A stretch of DNA of 64,000 nucleotides from a virus (Duplodnaviria; Caudoviricetes): the IMG/VR virus record IMGVR_UViG_3300029305_006500, one strand, 5' to 3'. Numbering within the stretch: the stretch's first letter is position 1; the number at the start of each line of letters is the position of its first letter. Position numbers and translations under genes: made by a program. Shown in pieces: positions 1-10,002 of the stretch. The notes under the pieces were generated by a model that was not told the origin of the DNA, did no database searches, and worked only from the letters and a program-made list of their open reading frames with translations.

Positions 1-1
1 T

Positions 2-2446
2 GTTAATCTTTCTGCAGAAATAGTACCAATGAAAAATTCTATTAAGGCTAATTATTCCGGACAGGCTATGGAAGCGATCTTTACCTTGACTGTAGAACTC
101 TCTGATGATCTTGGTAAATGGTCAGCAGTCAAGTCTGAATCTCTAGATGATTCTGGTGCAGAAAACTTAGAGGAAAAAAAAGAAAAGCCTTTATTCAATA
201 AGCTTTTTAAACCAGTAACTGAATCTTGTACCTGGGTTTGTAAAGTTAAGGATAAAGAAATCGGAACTGTTGAAGCAGCTACCGAGGAAGAAGCTATTGA
301 AAAGATGCAGAAAGAGTACCCTGAGCATAACTATGGCGAATATGATGGTTGCTTTGAAGTTTGCCAGGAAGCTGTAGAAGATGAGGAAGATCATGAAACT
401 CTTACTGAAGCCGGGTTTCTAACTAATTTATTTACAAAAGAAAATCAGAATTTAGATGCTTTTTTCAATAAAGGCTATACAGTAAAAGTAGGTAATAGTA
501 CTACTCAGGCGTTTAATAAATGGGCGGATACTGAAAAATTTGCTGCAGCAAAATCAAAAGCTAATCCTAAGGAACAAGTAACAGTTTCAAGTGTAGCTAT
601 CCCAGCTAAAGAACTGCAGGATGCAGGTTGGTCTACTCAGTTGGTTAATGAATTTGGTGGCAAAAATTTTGTAATCGCAACGTATCGCGGTGGCAAAGTA
701 ACCTTAGTAGATAAAGCTGCCGACTTGGCAAAGAGACTTAAAGCTGAAATAAAGTCTAATAAAATTATGAATAAGAACGGAGCGTCTTCCACTAGCTACG
801 AAGACCAATATGGTAGAAATAGTATTACTGATGGATTTAAAGATAGTAAGGTTAAACCTACAGCAACTACTGTAACTAAGCTAGCTAATATTCTTTTTGC
901 TAAATACTCTGCTTATCAAGGTATGGCACATCCAATGTCAGATGATGCAAAATCTTCTGGTTCTGATATCCAAATTGCCGAAGTAAAGGCATTAGGTGAA
1001 TTTGATGATTTAGCAACAGCTTTGCAAACTGCGGCAGGAAAGTCTAGCCGAACTCCAGCAGAAGGTTCGGGAGATGCACCTATTGTAGAGATTTATGGAT
1101 ATTTTAAAGACTTTGAAGCTGACACTTTGAATTATCTTGAAAAATATGTAACTCGTTCTGAAATTGGTGCTTTAGAAGAAGCTAAGACAGAAGGTGGTCC
1201 TGTTCACCTATTTACTTACTCTATGGGTAAGGCTATCGCAGATAATGGCTGTGCTTCTATGGAAAAGTTTATTAAGTATGAGAATAATATTATAGAAGAC
1301 CTTGCAGAGGCAGGCTATGATACTAGCGGTAAGCCAGGTGCTGATACTCCAAAGAAGAAAGATGCAGAGGATAATGACGATGATCTTGATCTTGAAGATG
1401 AAGCAGAAGATACTGAGGAGCCTACAGATCCTAAAGCTAAACTAAAAGCTATTCTTGGTGAAAAGAAAGATGCTTCCGGTTATACAGCAGATTCATATGC
1501 AAAATATGAAGCTCTTTATAATAAGATTATCGCATGGATTGACGGTCTCAAAAAACCAGAAGCTGTCACTGATGAAAAGATTGAGGGCTATAAGACTACT
1601 GCAGAAAGTAAACTTGTTGAAGATCCTGATGCAAAAGACGCTGATCTTGATTTAGATGATGATGAGGAAACTACTTCTGAAGAAGAGGCTGAGACAGATA
1701 AGAGCGAGGAACGTGGTTCTGCCGAGTTCAATAAGAAATATCATGGAGTTTCCGCTTCGAATGCTTCTATCCAAGCATTTAGAAAACTTATGATGCTTAC
1801 AGGTATGAAAGTATACGATGCTATGGGTAATGAAGTAACTGCTGATATTAGCGGTGCTAAGAAGATTACTGCAGAAGCTCTGAATGATTTTGAAGTTGAA
1901 GTTAAGGGTGAGAGACAGCCTCTTGCAGCTTGGATTGCTAAGATGGTTAAAGTTGGAGCGCTTCATGAAGACTTCAATAGAATTTTTGAGAGTACCTTGA
2001 CAGAAGCCGAGAAAACTCAAAAAACTTCAGAGAAAGATTATTTAAAGGATCAGGGTATTTCTGATAATGCGCTTTCAAGCTTTAAGAAACTTTTTGCATT
2101 AACCGACTTAAAAGTATACGATGCTTTTGATAAACCAGTTTCTGCAGATAAAGATGGAATGACCAAGATGTCTTCACTTACTCTTGTTGATTTCACTGTA
2201 GAATATAAAGGTAAGAAAGTTCCATTGATTAAGTTTGTAGCTAAGCTTGCAAAAGAGAAAATTCTTAAAGAAAGCTTATATGAGGAACTTTATGATAGCA
2301 GCGCAGAAACTGAAGTAGAGTGCGTCTGGTGCAACAACATGTTCCCAAAAAGTGAGTGTCGCAAAGAAGTAGATATGGGATGGCTTTGTGACAGATGTGA
2401 AAGAGCAATTAACTCAAGAGGCGAAACTCTTACTTTTGAACAATAA
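2..2446 (+). CDS. Large acidic protein, probable virion/internal head protein, with an internal duplicated domain and C-terminal Zn finger; 5' end probably outside the window
   Basis: Frame is open from nt 2 through the ATG at 29. Asp/Glu-rich linkers. Duplicated block (AFRKLMMLTGMKVYDA / SFKKLFALTDLKVYDA). C-terminal CVWC...CDRC. Several L-x-E(A/S/D) motifs. Confidence 0.55.
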   Translation, partial: VNLSAEIVPMKNSIKANYSGQAMEAIFTLTVELSDDLGKWSAVKSESLDDSGAENLEEKKEKPLFNKLFKPVTESCTWVCKVKDKEIGTVEAATEEEAIEKMQKEYPEHNYGEYDGCFEVCQEAVEDEEDHETLTEAGFLTNLFTKENQNLDAFFNKGYTVKVGNSTTQAFNKWADTEKFAAAKSKANPKEQVTVSSVAIPAKELQDAGWSTQLVNEFGGKNFVIATYRGGKVTLVDKAADLAKRLKAEIKSNKIMNKNGASSTSYEDQYGRNSITDGFKDSKVKPTATTVTKLANILFAKYSAYQGMAHPMSDDAKSSGSDIQIAEVKALGEFDDLATALQTAAGKSSRTPAEGSGDAPIVEIYGYFKDFEADTLNYLEKYVTRSEIGALEEAKTEGGPVHLFTYSMGKAIADNGCASMEKFIKYENNIIEDLAEAGYDTSGKPGADTPKKKDAEDNDDDLDLEDEAEDTEEPTDPKAKLKAILGEKKDASGYTADSYAKYEALYNKIIAWIDGLKKPEAVTDEKIEGYKTTAESKLVEDPDAKDADLDLDDDEETTSEEEAETDKSEERGSAEFNKKYHGVSASNASIQAFRKLMMLTGMKVYDAMGNEVTADISGAKKITAEALNDFEVEVKGERQPLAAWIAKMVKVGALHEDFNRIFESTLTEAEKTQKTSEKDYLKDQGISDNALSSFKKLFALTDLKVYDAFDKPVSADKDGMTKMSSLTLVDFTVEYKGKKVPLIKFVAKLAKEKILKESLYEELYDSSAETEVECVWCNNMFPKSECRKEVDMGWLCDRCERAINSRGETLTFEQ

Positions 2447-2602
2447 TTAAAAAACTAAATTAAAAGTGTATAATATGTTGAAGGCCAGTGTAGCCCTAAC
2501 ATTGGTCTTCACGTATATATAATATATAAAATGAAGGAATTTGAGGAGAGGAACCAAGTTCTGGATTAATGAATTTAACTAATAGGATAGGAGAATTATG
2601 AC

Positions 2603-3076
2603 ATGAAATTTTATTCTGAAACACTTGACACTATGTTTGATGCTATTGACGATCTTCAGGAAGCAGAAAAGCGTGCAGCAGAAAAGGAAGCAGCAAAGAA
2701 GAAAGCTTCTGATGCTAAGAAAGCAGAAGCTAAGGTAGTTGAAGATGCTTTTAAATCTTTTAATGCTGCTAAGCGTACTTACAATGAAACTGTTTTAGAG
2801 CTTAAGAAGAAGTTTAATGCAGATCTTACTGCTCTTAAAAAAGCTCATGAACTCGATATGCAGAAAGCTAGCAAAATAAAAGAAGATGCTGAGCTAGCTT
2901 ATCAGACTGCTCTTAATGAGTTTATTAAGAAACATCCGGAAGGCTATCATATGACTCTGAAGGATGGAGATCATGTAGTAACGCTTTCCAGTAATGTTGG
3001 AAAAGAAACTGAGGCTATTAATCAGCTTCTTGATCCTAAATCTTTTTGGGCAGATTGGATAAAACTTTTTATATAA
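2603..3076 (+). CDS. Hypothetical coiled-coil protein
   Basis: 157 aa Ala/Lys/Glu-rich ORF with GGAG RBS. Confidence 0.7.
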   Translation: MKFYSETLDTMFDAIDDLQEAEKRAAEKEAAKKKASDAKKAEAKVVEDAFKSFNAAKRTYNETVLELKKKFNADLTALKKAHELDMQKASKIKEDAELAYQTALNEFIKKHPEGYHMTLKDGDHVVTLSSNVGKETEAINQLLDPKSFWADWIKLFI

Positions 3077-3114
3077 TTTTTAAAAATATTAAAAGGAATG
3101 TTGTATAATAAAAT

Positions 3115-3231
3115 AGAGGTTAATTCCTCTTGCTTGTTTTTCATAGTTTGACACACTCGTTGTGTGTTCACATTCCTCCCTTTTGGCAGTGGCTTGTCTA
3201 TTTCCTCCTAGAGAAGCTACTGCATTTTTTT
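3115..3231 (+). ncRNA. Candidate small RNA with anti-SD (CCUCC) motifs ending in an intrinsic terminator
   Basis: TTGTATAAT at 3101, hairpins, CATTCCTCCC at 3171-3180, stem GCAGTGGCTT/AAGCTACTGC plus T-run with TTTCCTCC in the apical loop. Confidence 0.45.
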
Positions 3232-3252
3232 ATTTTCTGGTTATTTTGTCAG

Positions 3253-3281
3253 TTTACAAAATCCACTATTTATGTTATAAT
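3253..3281 (+). promoter_or_regulatory. SigmaA-like early promoter, copy 1
   Basis: TTTACA-17bp-TATAAT with TG extension, preceded by TTTGTC. Confidence 0.8.
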
Positions 3282-3315
3282 ATATACATAAATGAAAACC
3301 TTGGAGGGTTACATA

Positions 3316-3465
3316 ATGCTGCAGAAGAATGTAGAAAAAGAAGAACGTAAAAAGAATCGAAAGACTTGGATTGGTTTGTATACACGCAAAACACCAACAA
3401 AAAAGGAAAAGCTTAAACGTCTCGACCGTAAATATAATAAAAAGAAGGAAACTGAAAATGCTTAA
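3316..3465 (+). CDS. Small basic hypothetical protein (49 aa, not in ORF track)
   Basis: GGAGG RBS, ATG 3316, MLQKNVEKEERKKNRKTWIG...; overlaps the start of the next gene. Confidence 0.6.
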   Translation: MLQKNVEKEERKKNRKTWIGLYTRKTPTKKEKLKRLDRKYNKKKETENA

Positions 3466-3796
3466 GTTTAAAATTTATCAGATTAAAGACATTGCTAATA
3501 CTGCTTATGCTTTTCGCGGCTACGATGCTGACAGGTTTAATCTTCCGGATTACGTGGAGGTTTATGCAGGAGAAGTTGACGAACAGCTTTTCCCGGTTGC
3601 GAAGTATCCTGAACTTTATGACCTTGCAGTTCTCGGTAAAGATGTTGCAGAGGCTTGCTTCAGAAAGTTTAACTATGATCGACCTGAAGACTTCAAGGGC
3701 CATTCCCTCTCTATGAGTGACCTTGTAGAAGTAAGCAACGAGACGAAGACAAGATTGTATTACTGCGATATGACTGGTTGGGTTCGCATTAAATAA
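3458..3796 (+). CDS. YodL-domain protein
   Basis: KIYQI...Y..VY.G...F..FN.DRPEDFKGHSLSMSDLV...YYCD..GW signature. Confidence 0.8.
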   Translation: MLKFKIYQIKDIANTAYAFRGYDADRFNLPDYVEVYAGEVDEQLFPVAKYPELYDLAVLGKDVAEACFRKFNYDRPEDFKGHSLSMSDLVEVSNETKTRLYYCDMTGWVRIK

Positions 3797-4483
3797 ATGG
3801 AGGAAACTATGAAAAAGGAAATTTTTGAAAAAATTCAAACGCGATTGGAAACGCGCATTACAAAGTGCGGCATCTATCTTGAGAGGGTGCAAACTACAGA
3901 TGATCTTAAGAAGCTGACTATCGAGCAAGCTCAAGTGCTTCTGAGATTCTGTAGGGAAGAAGAGGCCGTAATGACTAAGTTCGTCCAATGTGATCTCTAT
4001 CACCTTATCGGCATGGGAGGTCTTACCCCACCTCAGATGGCCAAGCTTACATATCTTACAAAAGACTGGCTTAAATACAGAAGCACTGTCAAGGCTATTG
4101 CAATGAACTTTGATAAGCTTTCGCAACTTCCCGGTCTTCCTGTTAGCGCAGTTTATAGACTTAGAGTTTGGGATGACATTACTGTAAGTGCTACCGGTGC
4201 TCTGGCAGCTAGCGAAATCGGAGTTCCTTATGCTGTTTCCGGAAACCTGATTCAAGTCTTGCCGGAAAGACTTAAAGAGTTCCTTGACTTTTGGTCTCTC
4301 AAAGCAAAGGTTAATTTCTCTGAGAATAATTTCCATCAGAAGTTGACTGCCGGTGTAGAGTATGGTGGAGTAAGATGGACTGTTGATAACCTTGGCAACT
4401 ATGTTGGTGTTATCAAGCAGGATAACGTTCGTCAGCTGTTTGAGGGATGTGCTCAAGCTGCACAAGAAAATATCGGTAAATAA
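3797..4483 (+). CDS. Hypothetical protein
   Basis: 228 aa ORF, phage-like codon usage. Confidence 0.7.
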   Translation: MEETMKKEIFEKIQTRLETRITKCGIYLERVQTTDDLKKLTIEQAQVLLRFCREEEAVMTKFVQCDLYHLIGMGGLTPPQMAKLTYLTKDWLKYRSTVKAIAMNFDKLSQLPGLPVSAVYRLRVWDDITVSATGALAASEIGVPYAVSGNLIQVLPERLKEFLDFWSLKAKVNFSENNFHQKLTAGVEYGGVRWTVDNLGNYVGVIKQDNVRQLFEGCAQAAQENIGK

Positions 4484-4507
4484 TGAAATGTTTGGCTGTT
4501 TTGTCGA

Positions 4508-4536
4508 TTGACAGGGCAGCCAATTTATGTTATAAT
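4508..4536 (+). promoter_or_regulatory. SigmaA-like early promoter, copy 2
   Basis: TTGACA-17bp-TATAAT with TG extension. Confidence 0.85.
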
Positions 4537-4570
4537 ATAAGTACTAAATACATAAGTGAGGTACCCTATT

Positions 4571-5092
4571 ATGCGTATCAATGAAAAGCAAGCAAGATGT
4601 ATTATAGCTATCTTCTTTACGATGTTAGCTTTGATATTTGTTTTAGCTATCACAACTATCATGGCATTCCTTGTAGAGCCGGAACCTGAGGTTATTTATG
4701 AAACTGAAACCCGGACTGTTATGAAGACAAGCTACGACGGTTATGAATATCTCGGAGAGTTTACTATTACATATTACTGCTCCTGCTCTAAGTGCTGTGG
4801 TACCTATGCGCAGAACCGTCCTAAGGTTAATGGTAAAGAGATTGTCTATACCTCTTCGATGGCTATCGCGCAAGAAGGGATTACTGTCGCAGTTGATCCT
4901 GCAAAGATACCTTACGGTACCACTATTTATATAGAAGGACTCGGATACAGAGTTGCTCAGGATTGTGGGGGTGCAATCAAAGGGAACCGGATTGACGTTT
5001 ATATGGACAGCCATCAGGAAGCCTTGAATTGTGGACGTCATACAGCGAATGTTTATATTATGTCTGATATAAGTGCACAAGAAAATAATTAA
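4571..5092 (+). CDS. Membrane-anchored 3D-domain protein (peptidoglycan lytic transglycosylase-like)
   Basis: N-terminal TM helix; FTITYYC...AVDP..IPYGT.IYIEGLG...AQDCGGAIKGNRIDVY. Confidence 0.85.
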   Translation: MRINEKQARCIIAIFFTMLALIFVLAITTIMAFLVEPEPEVIYETETRTVMKTSYDGYEYLGEFTITYYCSCSKCCGTYAQNRPKVNGKEIVYTSSMAIAQEGITVAVDPAKIPYGTTIYIEGLGYRVAQDCGGAIKGNRIDVYMDSHQEALNCGRHTANVYIMSDISAQENN

Positions 5093-5111
5093 ACTTTGTG
5101 TGAAATGTCAG

Positions 5112-5140
5112 TTTACAAATCTCGCCAAATATGTTATAAT
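5112..5140 (+). promoter_or_regulatory. SigmaA-like early promoter, copy 3
   Basis: TTTACA-17bp-TATAAT. Confidence 0.8.
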
Positions 5141-5175
5141 ATATATGTAAGTTAAAGATACGGAGGAAAAACACT

Positions 5176-5406
5176 ATGGCTGAAAACAAGCATCCTATCA
5201 ATCCTGAGTGGAAGGAATACTATATGATACTTGAAGGTATCAGACGTTCTGGTATTTGTAATATGTTTGGGGCTGCGGACCCGCTTAATCAGATTACCGG
5301 TTGCGGAAGCAAGAGAGCTCAAGAGATCCTGATAAGCTGGATTGAAAATTATGACGAGCTTAAAAATCTTTACTGGCCCAATTCTGCAAACAACAAGGAG
5401 GAATAA
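5176..5406 (+). CDS. Small protein, DUF5049-like
   Basis: LEGIRRSGICNMFG motif; GGAGG RBS. Confidence 0.5.
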   Translation: MAENKHPINPEWKEYYMILEGIRRSGICNMFGAADPLNQITGCGSKRAQEILISWIENYDELKNLYWPNSANNKEE

Positions 5407-5539
5407 AAAATGATCGTTTACAAGAAGTGGCATACATACAATCGTTTCAGAGATCGTTACGATTACAAGGGAGTTTTCCTGTTCGGCTTTATTCCGTTGT
5501 ATATTCAAAGAACCGATAAAATTTAAGGAGGAAAAGAAG

Positions 5540-6271
5540 ATGTTCTATAAAACTGGTGTCGATATTTCCAGTCCCAAATCTATGTGGGAGTTCTTGCACA
5601 ATCATTACCGGTACTACACAATGAATTCGTGGAACGGTCTGAGAACGATTGCTCATAACGTAAAGCTCTATAATCTCGGTCTCGACGGCGACTGGACAGT
5701 TGCTCTTCGTTTCCTTGAAGACGGAAGTGACTGTGGTGATCTTCAGTGGCAGATAAACTACAAGCTTTCTACTTTTGCTGAAACTCATCCCGGTTACAGA
5801 GTCTTCTTTAATGGAAGAAGCGGCGGCTACCTTATTCTCTGTAACGCAGATGATAATCGTACCGTTCTTCCCGACTGCGTAGATCAGTATGATACTTATG
5901 AAGACTTCAAAGCAGACTGTAAGGATTACGGAGAGTCAGTGAGTGACTACATTTATGAACTGAGACAAGTCACCGAAGTTGTAAGAGCTTTCGATAGACT
6001 CTGCGATGAGCTTCGTGATCTCGTAAATGAATATTCCAAAATGGATTACGAGGTTCAGGCTCTTGCCTACAACATTGATCGTTTCAATGAGGAGTATTCC
6101 TCTGACCTTGAACTTCTTGGGTTTAAGGAACTGGAAGTCAACGACGATGGTAAGGTGAATGTACAGGAAGTGCAGACTCTGAGCTGCCTTATGGAAACTC
6201 TGCTTCATTACTTTGCTTCTCTTCCTATGGAGATTGAAGTAGAAGACGGATTTCTTTACGTGGAGGATTAA
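5540..6271 (+). CDS. Hypothetical protein
   Basis: 243 aa ORF with AAGGAGG RBS; GRSGGYL motif. Confidence 0.7.
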   Translation: MFYKTGVDISSPKSMWEFLHNHYRYYTMNSWNGLRTIAHNVKLYNLGLDGDWTVALRFLEDGSDCGDLQWQINYKLSTFAETHPGYRVFFNGRSGGYLILCNADDNRTVLPDCVDQYDTYEDFKADCKDYGESVSDYIYELRQVTEVVRAFDRLCDELRDLVNEYSKMDYEVQALAYNIDRFNEEYSSDLELLGFKELEVNDDGKVNVQEVQTLSCLMETLLHYFASLPMEIEVEDGFLYVED

Positions 6272-6275
6272 AAAT

Positions 6276-6602
6276 ATGGAAATTCAAACTAAGAAGACGG
6301 CTATCAATGAAATCCCTTACATCTCTCTGGCTGCTTGCCCTATCTGTGGTGAGCATCCGGAGAAAGTAAAAGAAAGTCTTGAAGGTCCCAACGGAAGAGG
6401 CTACAGAGGGTGCTTTACCTATGAGTATAAGTGTGAGTGCTGCAAACTTCTCCGCGGCGGCGAAACGACTGACATTTATGTTTCTTCTGAGGAAGCTAAT
6501 AACCTTGCTAAAGAACTTTGGAATGATAAGGTTGCTAGTACCAAACATTATCTGGACAAGCTCTATATACCGAAAGCTTTTCGCGAAAATGAGGTGATTT
6601 GA
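6276..6602 (+). CDS. Lar-like (restriction alleviation) Zn-finger protein
   Basis: L..CPICG...CECC...EEA...WN pattern. Confidence 0.5.
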   Translation: MEIQTKKTAINEIPYISLAACPICGEHPEKVKESLEGPNGRGYRGCFTYEYKCECCKLLRGGETTDIYVSSEEANNLAKELWNDKVASTKHYLDKLYIPKAFRENEVI

Positions 6603-6902
6603 TATGGTTTGCGAATATATTCTCAGCTGTAAGCTAGAGAAGAAACCAAATGAAATTGCATCCGATATTTATTGGTACACTGGAACTGATAAAGATGGAA
6701 TTGCAAAGTTCGATACCCGGCGTGAAGAAGCAGAGAGGATCATTGGTTTGCAGAGAGCTATGCTTTTGCGTGAAACTCTTTTGAGCCGTGGACTTATTAT
6801 GTCCTGTGTGATCGAATCTCCTGTTGGCTTGCCCTCTCGTTGCTGTCAATAAAGTGTACAAGCTAGCTAAAAAATTTGTAGAAATTTTGTTTATTTTGTC
6901 AG

Positions 6903-6931
6903 TTTACAAATCTCAACATTTATGTTATAAT
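6903..6931 (+). promoter_or_regulatory. SigmaA-like early promoter, copy 4
   Basis: TTTACA-17bp-TATAAT. Confidence 0.8.
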
Positions 6932-7991
6932 ATAGATGTTAAGTAAATAACTGGGAGGATAATATGTTTACACCATTAACTATTGTAAAAAATAAAACAA
7001 AAGGTTGCTGGTCTATTTGTCTTTACCACAAAGATTCGAAGCGGAGATACTGGTTGGACGTCGGGTTGGATGAGCAGTACCACGAACTTGAGGTAGAATG
7101 GAATCAGTACATTTTCTGGAACAGTGATTCCGATGATCAAGAGCGTAAGGCTTTCCAAGAAGATTGCGATAACTTCGAAGCGGCTTGCGAAGCAGTTTAC
7201 GCTATTTTGGAATCTGAGGGTGAAATCTTTCACGGTGAAGACGGAGACTGGTATCTTAAAGATGGAGGAGAAGGATGGACGACAAGAACTTGGGATGTGT
7301 AGACGAGCTCGAAGACTTTGATTTGAAACCGGCTGAATATCAGACCCGACTCAGAGTCTATGATGAAACTGGTGAAATCTTCGGTGTGCAGATTTGCGCG
7401 TGTCATGATAAGCCAGAGGAAGCTGTGGAGTTCGCTAAGCTCAAAGCAAAAGAGATGGCAGGTCTTATGGAAACCTGTGTGTACAACTGGGATGGACAAG
7501 TTATCTACGGTGCAGATGTCGTAGTAGAGACTGTCATTACCGTTGAAGGTTATTCTGAAGATGCAGGTAAAATCTTCAGAGATACTGTTTATAACAGAGG
7601 AAGAGAGGATATTAAGAAAGATGCGGAAGTCTAAGTACATTGGAATGAAATCCGGTGAATGGGTATGCGTTCACGCTGGTATTGCATCGGTGCAATCAGT
7701 ATTTAAGAAATATGAGAGAGATGCCTTGGGCAGAAAGGTAAGAAGTAAAAGCCCGGGTAGCAAACAGTATTACTACATATTTGTGAGACTCACTCACGAC
7801 GGCATCTGTGAGAAGATGGTAAGACTTAATGCAGCACAAGCTCTTGCAGTAAGAAAAGGTTTGATTACTGTGGAAGAGATCGCAGACAAAAAGAAGAGTA
7901 AGCATGATCCGGCGTTCAAAGAGAAGGTAAGCTATAGCTTTTTGCCGGGTTGTTAATCATCAGTGAAAAAGAAAGGACAAGTGATTACATA

Positions 7992-8870
7992 ATGAATATT
8001 CTGGAGACTTTTAAGAAAGAGGCAGAGAAATTGTTTACCGAATTCGGAATTAAGTATTCCGATAAGAGTCCCGACGTTGCAGCTTGGATGTTTGACCATT
8101 ATATCGAAGCTACTGAGAAAGGCGATGAGATTATGCGTGATAGATGCGCTGCCGGCCTTATGTGTAGATACTGGAGTGTCTTCACTACTAAGAACGTCGG
8201 AGTTCCTGTAGACTACGATACCAAAATCTCCTATGGTTGGGAGGGAATCAACTATGCTCTGAAATATAGAGTATGGCAGAAACCTGAAAGAGGAGTTAAT
8301 GCAGACCAAGCTGCTAAGCAAGCAATACATACTATTTTCCTTCAGCACAACTATCTTGCTAACCTCGATAAGTCCAGAGCCAACAATTGCTGCGGTTCTA
8401 TCGATGAGGAAATCAGTGACTTCTGTGGTGGAGAAGGAAAGACTACTATCGGCGACACTCTTGTAGACGAGGAAGATCTCAACGCCCGTCGTTTGACTGA
8501 AGATGCAAGAGTGGTCAGAAGTATGATTCAACTTTACATCGATCGAAAGAAGTTGGTTGAGGCTATCATTCTCGACACGATCGCGTTCAATGAGGTAGAG
8601 AAGGTTACCAAGAAGACCATAAAGGATAAGGATGCTGAAGGTAATCCCAGAAAGTATACCAAAACCTATCGCGAGTTCTGGCCTTTTAAGTGCGTGCAGA
8701 TTCTGAGCCAGCTTCCCGAGGGTTATGCAAAGTATTTTGGGGAGAACTACAACTTTAATCCTGTAGAGTTTGATAAAGCTCTTGCGGCAGTACGAGCCGC
8801 TAATAACCAGAAGCTTTATCGAATGCTGAGAGGTACTCTCGCTGAAGCGAAGACCGAGTTTACATATTAA
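7992..8870 (+). CDS. Hypothetical protein, possibly a divergent sigma-factor-like protein
   Basis: ~290 aa; SIDEEI...GKTTIGDTLVDE resembles the sigma70 region 3.2 linker, and an upstream segment resembles region 2. Confidence 0.35.
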   Translation: MNILETFKKEAEKLFTEFGIKYSDKSPDVAAWMFDHYIEATEKGDEIMRDRCAAGLMCRYWSVFTTKNVGVPVDYDTKISYGWEGINYALKYRVWQKPERGVNADQAAKQAIHTIFLQHNYLANLDKSRANNCCGSIDEEISDFCGGEGKTTIGDTLVDEEDLNARRLTEDARVVRSMIQLYIDRKKLVEAIILDTIAFNEVEKVTKKTIKDKDAEGNPRKYTKTYREFWPFKCVQILSQLPEGYAKYFGENYNFNPVEFDKALAAVRAANNQKLYRMLRGTLAEAKTEFTY

Positions 8871-8875
8871 AAATA

Positions 8876-8925
8876 AAAATGCCTCATTTTCAAAAGTGAG
8901 GCATTTCTTCATTGTATATTATAAT
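8876..8925 (+). promoter_or_regulatory. Terminator-like hairpin followed by an ATTGTATATTATAAT promoter motif
   Basis: AAATGCCTCAtttt-c-aaaagTGAGGCATTT, then the motif at 8911-8925. Confidence 0.6.
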
Positions 8926-8948
8926 AGAATATTAAGTAGGAGGAATAT

Positions 8949-9692
8949 ATGCTTTTAGATATTATGAGTTCGTATAGAGAGTTGCCGGTTAATGTAAAGG
9001 CAATTCAGATCTTTGGGATTCCTTGCGCCACCTATTGGGCGGAGTTACTCAACATCTACCCGAGAGTAATCCAGAAGAAGATGGATGATCTGCAGCAAAG
9101 TGGAGGTTACTTCACAGTTGACAGGGAGTACGTGCAATCCCGGCTGTGTCTGAGTGTAGAGGAACAGCTCGCTTTCGATCTTGCTCTCAACCGAGTTGGA
9201 GTACTTAGAATCGATCCTAATGATTCTAATAAGATCTCTATCAACCTCGATGCGATGTTTGAAATCCTCGCGGAAGACGATGCAAAGGTTCTTAAGAAGA
9301 TCAGAGATAAGGCAAAGACCAAAAAGACAGATGAAACTGCCGCAAAGAGATTGGGTAAGATTGCAACCTTTACCGGGTTCACCGCTACCCTGAGTCATAC
9401 ACCAGAAGTACAGGAAGCTTATAAGCTTTGGGTTGAAGCGATTATTGAAGGTAAGAAAGGAAACCTGACTAAGGGAGTTATCCAGATTTTCCACGACACT
9501 CTGTGTGAGTTCACGCAGGATCCGGCAACTCAGGTAAGGATTATCCGAGAAGCTGCAGCAGCCGGATACACTAACGTAAGTTGGGTTCTCCCCAAGAATA
9601 AACCTTCTTATTCTTATGCTTCAGGTACGCGTATCAATGCACCTCAAGCTCCTAAGACAAATGTTGGCGTTGATCTGAATTCCGGCTTCTAA
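8949..9692 (+). CDS. Putative replication initiator/organiser-like protein (N-terminal wHTH)
   Basis: GYF.V.RE.VQ.RL.LS..EQ......L...GVL wHTH-like segment; C-terminal II.EA...GY..V.W resembles phage replication proteins. Confidence 0.4.
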   Translation: MLLDIMSSYRELPVNVKAIQIFGIPCATYWAELLNIYPRVIQKKMDDLQQSGGYFTVDREYVQSRLCLSVEEQLAFDLALNRVGVLRIDPNDSNKISINLDAMFEILAEDDAKVLKKIRDKAKTKKTDETAAKRLGKIATFTGFTATLSHTPEVQEAYKLWVEAIIEGKKGNLTKGVIQIFHDTLCEFTQDPATQVRIIREAAAAGYTNVSWVLPKNKPSYSYASGTRINAPQAPKTNVGVDLNSGF

Positions 9693-9745
9693 TAAAATAT
9701 TTTCTAAATTATGCAAAATTTAGAAAAGACTATCGTATAATATAA

Positions 9746-9854
9746 TGTGCGATGAGTTACGGATTTGGATGCGGGTTGTAATTCGTTAATCATTTTTATC
9801 ACCTCCTTTCTTTTTTGGGAAGCATAGCTGTTCGGTGGCTATGCTTCTTTTTTT
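9746..9854 (+). ncRNA. Candidate small RNA carrying a 16S-3'-end-like anti-SD sequence
   Basis: Promoter-like ATCGTATAATATAAT at ~9732, 5' hairpin, single-stranded CATTTTTATCACCTCCTTTCT (9791-9811), 12-bp terminator 9819-9847 plus T-run. Confidence 0.5.
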
Positions 9855-9900
9855 GTTAAAAATAGCTAAAAAATTTGTCAAACTTTGTCTATTTTGCCTA

Positions 9901-9929
9901 TTTACAAATACCACTAAATATGTTATAAT
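9901..9929 (+). promoter_or_regulatory. SigmaA-like early promoter, copy 5
   Basis: TTTACA-17bp-TATAAT with upstream phased TTTGTC repeats. Confidence 0.8.
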
Positions 9930-10002
9930 ATATATGTAAGAACAAAGATTACCGAACAATCGACGTTCTAAAAAATATTTATAAAAAGAAAGAGGTACTA
10001 AA

